Assembly (NCBI GenBank): GCA_963740315.1
Contig: CAVUDP010000002.1
Span: forward strand, 992,001-1,056,000
DNA from: an uncultured cyanobacterium
GTDB lineage: Bacteria; Cyanobacteriota; Cyanobacteriia; Cyanobacteriales; Nostocaceae
Direction: 5' to 3'
DNA: 64,000 nt
Of this stretch, positions 57,004 through 64,000 are shown in pieces; the stretch's first letter is position 1, and each line of letters starts with the position of its first letter. The position numbers were made by a program, and so were the translations under genes. The notes under the pieces were generated by a model. It was not told where the DNA came from and did no database searches. It saw nothing but the letters and a program-made list of their open reading frames with translations.

Positions 57004-57363
57004 TTACTCCATTGCTGGGTCAGCAGCCACTGCAACGGTTATATGACACGTGGGTTTGCGAATTTGATAAGCACGACCTTGCGCTCTGGGCTGATAACGC
57101 TTGAATACCGGACCTTGGTCTGCAAATGCGGTAGAAACTATTAGAGAAGCTCGATCTATTCCCTCATTGTGTTCCGCATTAGCAGCAGCACTTCTAAGAA
57201 CTTTTAACACTGGATCGCAAGCTCTATAAGGCATGAATTCTAAAATTATCAGTGCTTCCCGATAGGAACGTCCCCTAATTTGGTCAAGTACGCGACGTAC
57301 TTTAAAGGGCGACATACGTATATATCGAGCAATAGCTTTCACTTCTTTGGTATCAGTAGCCAT
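57004..57363 (-). CDS. rplV: 50S ribosomal protein L22
   Basis: PRAQGRA. Confidence 0.97.
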   Translation of the reverse strand: MATDTKEVKAIARYIRMSPFKVRRVLDQIRGRSYREALIILEFMPYRACDPVLKVLRSAAANAEHNEGIDRASLIVSTAFADQGPVFKRYQPRAQGRAYQIRKPTCHITVAVAADPAME

Positions 57364-57416
57364 AATTTATCTCACCGAATCACTAATTACATAAACAATG
57401 TTTTTAGCAATATCGG

Positions 57417-57692
57417 TTATCTTCCTCCTTTTCTATCTCTAGAGTGACCTCTATAAGTACGAGTAGGAGCGAATTCTCCTAATTTATGACCTACCATTTG
57501 GTCGCTAACAAAAACTGGAACGTGCTGTCTGCCGTTATGAACCGCGATGGTATGACCAACCATCAAGGGCAAAATAGTAGAAGCTCTCGACCAAGTTTTG
57601 ATAACTTCTTTTTTATTGGTTTCGTTGAGCTTATCGATTTTTTTGAGTAGATGGTCCGCTACAAAAGGACCTTTTTTAAGAGAACGACCCAT
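57417..57692 (-). CDS. rpsS: 30S ribosomal protein S19
   Basis: RSLKKGPF and GHKLGEF. Confidence 0.98.
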   Translation of the reverse strand: MGRSLKKGPFVADHLLKKIDKLNETNKKEVIKTWSRASTILPLMVGHTIAVHNGRQHVPVFVSDQMVGHKLGEFAPTRTYRGHSRDRKGGR

Positions 57693-57899
57693 AGGACAAT
57701 TTTGGATTTTGGATTTTACATTAGGACTAAAATAAGGAAAATGCGATCGTAGTCATTGCGACAAAGGAAGCAATTTCAAATCGCTAGACCTAACTAGTCC
57801 GTAATTTCTCTAAATAAATTAAGGATTTTGAAATTTTGAAATTTAGATTAGTCACAATTTATCTTCCAATCTAAAATCCAAAATCTAAAATCCAAAATT

Positions 57900-58763
57900 C
57901 TAGGACGACCGACCGCCACGTCCGCGTTTTCCGGACTTACGACGACGGCGAACAATTAATTTGCTGCTTGCTTTTTTGGGCTTACGAGTTTTCTTACCTA
58001 AAGTCGGTTTACCCCAAGGAGTTACAGGACCGCTACGACCAATTGGAGCGCGTCCTTCACCACCACCGTGGGGGTGGTCGCAAGGGTTCATTACACTACC
58101 TCTAACCTTGGGACGGCGACCTTTCCAACGATTGCGACCTGCTTTACCCAAGCTTTGGTTTCTGGCTTCAATGTTACCTACTTGCCCGATGGTAGCGTAG
58201 CATTCGCGCCGAATCATGCGGACTTCTCCGGAAGGCAATTTCAAAGTAACGTAGTTACCATCTTTCGCCATTACTTGAGCATTTGCACCAGCCGAACGTA
58301 CTATTTGACCGCCTTTACCAGCAATCAATTCTACGTTGTGAACGCTAGTACCCAAGGGCATATTTGATAAAGGTAAGGCGTTACCGTTTTCGATTGGGGA
58401 ATCCGGACCGGCGATTATTTGAGTGCCGACTTTTACGCCGTGGGGATGCAAGATATAACGCTTTTCGCCATCTTCATAAATCACCAGTGCGATTCTTGCA
58501 TTCCGGTTGGGATCGTATTCGACCGCTTCAACCGTTGCGGGCATACCGCGCTTATCCCTTTTAAAATCGATAATCCGATAAATACGTTTATGTCCGCCAC
58601 CCCGGCGACGACTGGTAATTACACCGCGATTATTTCGACCTTTAGCCCGATGAATATGTTCGGTTAAGGATTTTTCCGGCTTAGATTTTGTAATTTCCGC
58701 AAAGTCCGAAGTTTCCGCTTGACGGTTACTGGGGGTGTAGGGACGAAATGAACGAATACCCAT
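57900..58763 (-). CDS. rplB: 50S ribosomal protein L2
   Basis: EYDPNR and DHPHGGGEG. Start placed at ATG 58763. Confidence 0.98.
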   Translation of the reverse strand: MGIRSFRPYTPSNRQAETSDFAEITKSKPEKSLTEHIHRAKGRNNRGVITSRRRGGGHKRIYRIIDFKRDKRGMPATVEAVEYDPNRNARIALVIYEDGEKRYILHPHGVKVGTQIIAGPDSPIENGNALPLSNMPLGTSVHNVELIAGKGGQIVRSAGANAQVMAKDGNYVTLKLPSGEVRMIRRECYATIGQVGNIEARNQSLGKAGRNRWKGRRPKVRGSVMNPCDHPHGGGEGRAPIGRSGPVTPWGKPTLGKKTRKPKKASSKLIVRRRRKSGKRGRGGRSS

Positions 58764-58789
58764 AGTTTTAAACTTATGAAGGAAAATAT

Positions 58790-58955
58790 TTTGGGGATGG
58801 GGAGAGGAGGGGATGAGCAGAGGGGGGGAGATGGGGAGAGGGGGAGATGGGGAGATGGGGAGAAGAGTAAAAATAACTCCGGTAGTCCTCACTCCCAACC
58901 AACCTTCAATATCCAGACTTTTAACCTTTGACCTTTAACCTCTAACCTCTAACCT
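58790..58955. repeat. GGGGAGAT tract plus (AACCTTT/AACCTCT)n in the rplW-rplB spacer
   Basis: Inverted version of the module at 9447 and 28801. Confidence 0.85.
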
Positions 58956-58958
58956 GAT

Positions 58959-59273
58959 TTACACGTCTGGGAATAGAGCCTGACGAATTTTGTCTTCATC
59001 CCCCGATGCTACGGTGACAATCGCTCGTTTGTATTGAGGTTTGAATCCGATAAATCTACCGACTCGCTTCTTTTTCCGAGGTTGGACTGCGGTATTTACT
59101 TTTGAAATTTTGACATCAAATAAATCTTCAATTGCTGCTTTTATTTGATCTTTATTCGCTTTTAGCGATACTTCAAAAGTATATTTATTCTGCTCCATCT
59201 GGATTGTCGCCTTTTCAGTAACAATCGGACGACGCACTAAGTCTGGAAGATTTCGGGGGTCAAATTTAGCCAT
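58959..59273 (-). CDS. rplW: 50S ribosomal protein L23
   Basis: PIVTEKA and YKRAIV. Confidence 0.97.
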   Translation of the reverse strand: MAKFDPRNLPDLVRRPIVTEKATIQMEQNKYTFEVSLKANKDQIKAAIEDLFDVKISKVNTAVQPRKKKRVGRFIGFKPQYKRAIVTVASGDEDKIRQALFPDV

Positions 59274-59901
59274 TACTGTAGACCTCCTGAACTTTATCTA
59301 ATGCTGATGCACTGACCACGATTTTGTCTGCGTGTAACAAATCGAAAACGTTGAGTTGGTCGGCTGCAATCAGCTTGACATTTTCTATATTGCGGGCTGA
59401 CAAATATACGTTTTCCGAACGTTCGGACAAAATTAATAAAGTCTTTTGTTCGGGTTGAGAACCCCAGCGCGAAATAGCTTCTACTAAATCCTTGCTTTTC
59501 GGACGCTGTAATTGTTCGATGAATTCTTCAACCACAATTATGTCCGAGGCACGACTAACTAAAGCTGTCCGTAAAGCCAAACGACGCTCTTTACGGTTCA
59601 TATTCAAGTTATATTCTTTGGGTTTTGGTCCAAAGATTACACCACCACCACGCCACAGCGGCGAACGAGTAGAACCTGCACGGGCGCGTCCCGTTCCTTT
59701 TTGTCGCCACGGTTTGCGACCACCACCTCTAACTTCGGCACGGGTTTTAGTACTAGCGTTTCCTTGGCGAGCATTAGTCATTTGTCGAACCAAGGCTCTA
59801 TGCACGATATGAGAAGCCGTTTCTTCCTTGGCAACTTTTAAATCCAAGGTTTTCTGTCCGACTTCTTCTCCCTGCCAGTTTTTAACTGTACAATCTACCA
59901 T
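59266..59901 (-). CDS. rplD: 50S ribosomal protein L4
   Basis: [14 protein letters not shown]. Confidence 0.98.
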   Translation of the reverse strand: MVDCTVKNWQGEEVGQKTLDLKVAKEETASHIVHRALVRQMTNARQGNASTKTRAEVRGGGRKPWRQKGTGRARAGSTRSPLWRGGGVIFGPKPKEYNLNMNRKERRLALRTALVSRASDIIVVEEFIEQLQRPKSKDLVEAISRWGSQPEQKTLLILSERSENVYLSARNIENVKLIAADQLNVFDLLHADKIVVSASALDKVQEVYSNG

Positions 59902-60015
59902 TTTTGAGTCCTTTTTACGTTAGTCATTTGCCATTCGATTTTGGATTTTAGATTTTGGATTTTGAATCAGAAACCAAATCTAAAAGAACTTATAAAGTCA
60001 GTCAAAGACAAATGA

Positions 60016-60648
60016 CTATTTCACCTCTTTCGCGGGCACGATATTAACTAATGCTCCTGGTTTGCCAGGAATAGCTCCCTTAATTAGCAATAAATTACGT
60101 TCGGCATCGACTCGCACGATTGTTAGCTTGCGAACCGTTACGCGCTTACCTCCCAAACGTCCTGCCATCTTCTTACCGGGATAAACACGACCGGGAGTAG
60201 TACCAGCACCGATGGAACCCGGTTCTCTATGGTTTTTAGAACCGTGAGACATCGGACCTCTACGGAAGTTATTACGCTTCTGGTTCCCAGCGAAACCGCG
60301 ACCAATACTCGTACCGATTATGTCTACTAGCTGACCTGCATCAAAAATATCAGCACTAATTTGCTGACCCAAAGAATAATCTTCTGTACCAGCGGCGCGA
60401 TATTCTTCTAAATGCCGTGAAGGAGGAGCAGATGATTTTGCTAAATGCCCCAACTTCGGCTTATTTAATGCTTTAGGCTTTACTTCACCATATGCTAATT
60501 GAATGGCGGAGTAACCGTCGGTCTGCTGTGTTTTGATTTGGGTTATGGTGCATGGTCCGGCTTGAACAACGGTAACGGGAATCGCCGTTCCCGCATCGTC
60601 AAAAACCTGAGTCATACCCACTTTGGTGCCGAGAATACCTACAGACAC
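60016..60648 (-). CDS. rplC: 50S ribosomal protein L3
   Basis: [12 protein letters not shown] and [10 protein letters not shown]. Confidence 0.98.
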   Translation of the reverse strand: MSVGILGTKVGMTQVFDDAGTAIPVTVVQAGPCTITQIKTQQTDGYSAIQLAYGEVKPKALNKPKLGHLAKSSAPPSRHLEEYRAAGTEDYSLGQQISADIFDAGQLVDIIGTSIGRGFAGNQKRNNFRRGPMSHGSKNHREPGSIGAGTTPGRVYPGKKMAGRLGGKRVTVRKLTIVRVDAERNLLLIKGAIPGKPGALVNIVPAKEVK

Positions 60649-61267
60649 AGTTACAAGTCTCCTTTCTACAAGTTTTCCGCTTTATTGCGGAACTTTAGCT
60701 GTTGGAGGCAATAATGAAGTCACTTTTTAAGTAACTACCCGCCTTATTATCGAGAAACCTGAGAAGTCACAAATGACTCAGGTTAAGCCAATCTAACTTC
60801 TATCGCCGGTTTCTCGTTTTTTATTTTTTAAGTACGCCAATCAACCTACAAACTTCGATTTATTGACGCACTCAAAAGTACCTTCCTATAAGGAAGGAAT
60901 AAAAAAATTAAATGCAATGCTTAATAGCTTTGCGAGTGCAGCACTGCCTTATCCGAGCAATTGCTTTGGCACTTGTATTTTCACTTCGCTGGACTTAAGC
61001 AGACTAATCCGCTCAGTATCCTTTTTTCAAAGGTTGACGCTATACCGTCACCAACATTAGCAGTTTATTTAACACGAAAATCTTAAATAATTATTTAAGA
61101 TTTCACTCAAGCGTCCTAAGTTTACCTCAAGACTTATTAATTTACCACTCTCTTGCCAACTTTGACTAACTTATTTATATAGATTTTTTTAGAAAACCTC
61201 AAAAAAACTATTAGCCAAAAATCTTATTCTCAAAGCGGCGCTTTTTAAAATGCGGTCACAATCTATT

Positions 61268-61296
61268 ACTATAGAATATCTATTTTAGTTTGTCCA
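61268..61296 (-). promoter_or_regulatory. Putative promoter of the rplC superoperon
   Basis: Minus strand TGGACA (61296-61291), 17 nt, TATAGT (61273-61268). Confidence 0.55.
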
Positions 61297-61432
61297 GATT
61301 TTTTTTTAATCAAAGTGAGGAGTTAGCAGTTAGAAGTCATGAATACAGAATTCTTCTGTGGTAACTGGTCACTGTTAATTGTTAACTGTTAATTGATAAT
61401 AGAATTATCGAAGCGGTATTTGAAAAAGGTCT

Positions 61433-61912
61433 ATGGCATTACTTACTAACGGTGGCGGTTTTATCCGCAAATTAGAAAAATGTGGCGCTCTTGGGGTATA
61501 CGTACCTTTAGAAGGCGGGTTTGAAGGTCGTTATCGTCGGCGATTGCGTGCTAAAGGCTACAATGCTTTGTGTATCAGCGGTAAGGGTTTGGGTGATGTG
61601 GCTGCTTATTTAACCGGAGTTCACGGTGTACGACCTCCACATCTTGGTAAAAAAAGTACTGGTAGCGGAGCGGCAGTAGGTTACGTATATTACGTACCGC
61701 CAATTATTAGTACTCAGTTAGACAACTTGCCGCCAAAATCAAAAGGGTTGGTATTGTGGATTATTGATGGGCATACTCTTGACGATCAAGAATTAGAGTA
61801 TTTGTCAAATTTACCCAAAATCGAACCAAGAGTGAAAGTTGTAATCGAAAGAGGTGGCGATCGCGCTTTCCGTTTTATGCCTTTAGAAGAAACTTTGGCT
61901 TACGCTAGCTAA
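61433..61912 (+). CDS. ndhN: NAD(P)H-quinone oxidoreductase subunit N
   Basis: PLEGGFEGRYRRRLRA and HGVRPPHLGK. Confidence 0.95.
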   Translation: MALLTNGGGFIRKLEKCGALGVYVPLEGGFEGRYRRRLRAKGYNALCISGKGLGDVAAYLTGVHGVRPPHLGKKSTGSGAAVGYVYYVPPIISTQLDNLPPKSKGLVLWIIDGHTLDDQELEYLSNLPKIEPRVKVVIERGGDRAFRFMPLEETLAYAS

Positions 61913-61919
61913 AGTTTAG

Positions 61920-62070
61920 GTATGGGGTATGGGGAATAGTTAGGACCACCGGAGTTAGGAGTAATCAGTAACCAGTAACCAGTAATCAGTTATCAGTTAC
62001 TAGTTAAAGTTTCTTCCCCCTCTACTCCCTCTTCCCCCTCTACCCCCTCTTCCTTGTTCCCCATCTCTTC
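61920..62070. repeat. Mixed heptamer repeats (GGGGTAT, CAGTAA(C/T)) plus a C-rich tract
   Basis: Directly visible. Confidence 0.8.
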
Positions 62071-62212
62071 TAATCGCCGATCGTTTTGTAATTTAACTGA
62101 AACATTATTTAAGAAGTACAAGACAATTAGACTAAATAATCGTCATACTGAAAGAGGGAGATATTATTTAACTGCTCTCTATTGTCCGAGGCGTGAAGTT
62201 AAAAAGGCGGAT

Positions 62213-62430
62213 GTCAACTAAGAGCGGTTTACCCCAAGCTTGTTGAAACCAACTTTGACAACGCAATAGTTGACTAGCCCGCTGAGCCTAATTCTGGTAC
62301 AAACTTACGAGTGTTTCCCTAGCCCGTATTATTTTTAAACTCCGTTGGTAGGAGTGCTTGCAGAAAGGACATCTTGGATTAGGTGGGCGAGGGGACACTC
62401 AACAGGTTTGCTAGTTCCTGGGATTATATC
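62213..62430 (+). ncRNA. omega-RNA/HEARO-like structured RNA scaffold
   Basis: Several stems and a potential pseudoknot (see findings); 3' boundary approximate. Confidence 0.7.
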
Positions 62431-62511
62431 CATTTAAAAACTAGTATTCAAGCACAATTACAGGCTTGCATTCCTCTCCCAATAAATTCGTTGTCTCCTG
62501 CCAGAAATAAG
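62213..62511 (+). mobile_element. Non-autonomous IS200/IS605-family (IscB/OMEGA-type) element carrying an omega-RNA/HEARO-like scaffold but no IscB ORF
   Basis: GTCAACTA...TAGTTGACTAGCCC 5' stem, TTCCCTAG loop complementary to CGAGGGGA, GATTATATCCAT, and a GCATTCCTCTCCC...CTCCTGCC right end; followed by ATGA. Family resemblance is from recall, not a search. Confidence 0.75.
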
Positions 62512-63057
62512 ATGAAACGTAAATATAATAATAATAGATCGGCTAATACCTCTCCAAGAGGTTCAAATCCTGTCTCCTCAGTATTTAATTTCACAACAAT
62601 TGCCATTCTGGGGGGCATATTTATTTTAGGTATTGGTATCGGTATCGCTTTTAGTTCTACAGCAACTTTTTCACCATCTAATGTAGCTTCTCGTGAATAT
62701 ATTGATACTAAAGCACCAAATCCAGAGGTTTGCGTGCAGTATGGAGCTAGTGCAATGGTGATGGATACTAGGTTATTTGTAACTCTTAACCCGTTCAATG
62801 TTTATGTTGGTCAACCTAGTATGCGCCCTGGATGCGTTTTACGTCAAAGTAACTGGGAGATTTTAACACAAAAAAATCTAGTTACATCAGAACAGGTAAG
62901 AGATTGCAAAAATCGCTTAAATACTTTTGGCTTTACAGGTAGATTAGATAGTAAAGAGCTTGATATTAAATGCATCTATCAAAATGATGCAGCGAAAAAC
63001 TTCTTTAATACCGAAGAAGGAGCAATCAACTTACCGGGAGAAACGGATCGATTCTAA
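62512..63057 (+). CDS. DUF3172 domain protein
   Basis: GIGIGIAFSS, CVQYGASA, PGCVLR and CKNRLNTFGF. Start placed at ATG 62512; the upstream 43 codons are element-derived. Confidence 0.88.
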   Translation: MKRKYNNNRSANTSPRGSNPVSSVFNFTTIAILGGIFILGIGIGIAFSSTATFSPSNVASREYIDTKAPNPEVCVQYGASAMVMDTRLFVTLNPFNVYVGQPSMRPGCVLRQSNWEILTQKNLVTSEQVRDCKNRLNTFGFTGRLDSKELDIKCIYQNDAAKNFFNTEEGAINLPGETDRF

Positions 63058-63106
63058 AGAATCATTCTTTTTGTTTAACGCTGTTACCGAAAACCAAAAC
63101 TTAATT

Positions 63107-63148
63107 TAGAGACGCGATATGACCAAAAATCACATTATCGCGTCTCTA
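63107..63148. repeat. REP-like hairpin between convergent genes (possible terminator)
   Basis: TAGAGACGCGATA-N16-TATCGCGTCTCTA perfect 13-bp stem. Confidence 0.7.
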
Positions 63149-63184
63149 TTTATTTGTGCCAAAAATCTTCTTTAACCTTTGATT

Positions 63185-64000
63185 TCATCGATTGGGAGTG
63201 GGAAAAGGCTGTCCGAAATCAACTACCCCAGGGTTGGGAGAATTTATTGAATTATTGAGTGGATTAATTGCTGGAAGATTATATAGTGGCGCTGGGAACA
63301 AGGATGGGGAAGAATTGATTCCTGATGGTGAAGGAAATGTTGCAGGTGGAAGAACTGTATTTTCGATTTGTGGCAATGGGTTGCCGTATGTAATTGGTGG
63401 TACTGTTACAGTCGGCTGCTGTATATTTCCATTATTTCTATAATTTCCATTATCAATAGGCGTTAGTGGTAATGGTGCCTTCAAAGGTGACTGCGTACTT
63501 ACCCTCGGTAAACCTTGTGATGGATCGTACAATGCACCGGGCGGAAGATTATCTGGTATTTGCTGGGTTGGAACAAACCCTGTTGGCTGTGGAGTGTAGA
63601 AATTGCTTGGTGATGGAGAACCCGGTGGTAATTCACCTCCAACAGATGAATATCCTGGCGGCGAAAAATTGCCATTGCTTGCGATTAAAGGACGAAACAC
63701 CCAACGGGTAGGATTTTCCCAAGATGCGGGTTGCAATTGTACTCGATCGCGGTCAAAAAAGGTTCCCGGCGCTAAATCCATCACAATACGAGTTACGTCC
63801 TCATTTAACTGAGAAACGCGAATTCTCTGAATTGCTCCGCTGTAATTTTGTTGAGTAGGAACGTAGCCCAATTTAGTATCGGGCAAATCTACAACAATGC
63901 GAGGAGGCTGAGAAAGGTAAAAATACTGAGGGCGAGAAGGTGCTGAAAGAGAAATTTCCAACTGCGAACCTTGGGGAGAAAATCGCCAATCTTCTAATTT
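63185..64000 (-). CDS. AMIN-domain protein with Pro-rich tail (5' end outside the window)
   Basis: PPRIVVDLP...IRVSQ...TRIVMDL; the frame stays open to the window edge (KLEDWRFSPQGSQ...). Confidence 0.85.
   Translation of the reverse strand, partial: KLEDWRFSPQGSQLEISLSAPSRPQYFYLSQPPRIVVDLPDTKLGYVPTQQNYSGAIQRIRVSQLNEDVTRIVMDLAPGTFFDRDRVQLQPASWENPTRWVFRPLIASNGNFSPPGYSSVGGELPPGSPSPSNFYTPQPTGFVPTQQIPDNLPPGALYDPSQGLPRVSTQSPLKAPLPLTPIDNGNYRNNGNIQQPTVTVPPITYGNPLPQIENTVLPPATFPSPSGINSSPSLFPAPLYNLPAINPLNNSINSPNPGVVDFGQPFPTPNR

Noticed and set aside
46889..60648. Absence of rpsD, rpsJ, rpsN and rpmD from the cluster, and of chlB next to chlLN
   Set aside because: Normal cyanobacterial arrangement.
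62160..62430. Riboswitch upstream of DUF3172
   Set aside because: No riboswitch consensus recognised; features fit an omega-RNA/HEARO scaffold better.
62383..62511. 43-aa N-terminal extension of the DUF3172 protein
   Set aside because: It lies inside the inserted element; family-like sequence starts at ATG 62512.

Overview
Chromosomal window from a filamentous, probably heterocyst-forming cyanobacterium (Nostocales-like). The basis is abundant HIP1 octamers GCGATCGC, short tandem repeats, a candidate NtcA box, chlL/chlN, ndhN and the cyanobacterial order of the ribosomal-protein superoperon. Positions 1-39.5 kb are mostly housekeeping genes (clpB, chlL-chlN, queE, rsfS, tRNA-fMet, deoC, recO, secG, gpmI, an ABC-F), interspersed with small accessory genes and REP-like repeats. 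Positions 42.1-60.6 kb are the rplC-to-prfA cluster. Highlights: (1) a ~299-bp ORF-less element at 62213-62511 resembling an IscB omega-RNA (HEARO) scaffold, inserted between the putative RBS and the ATG(A) start of a DUF3172 gene; (2) three diverged XRE-HTH paralogs, one fused to a GIY-YIG domain, with a duplicated promoter block and a divergent orphan gene (39.6-42.1 kb); (3) an orphan Nif11-like gene behind a canonical-looking NtcA promoter; (4) a 140-bp-period REP-like array with a nested insert; (5) a decayed yqeK; (6) a short Mig-like glycosylase. All family assignments come from recognising motifs by eye; no searches were run.
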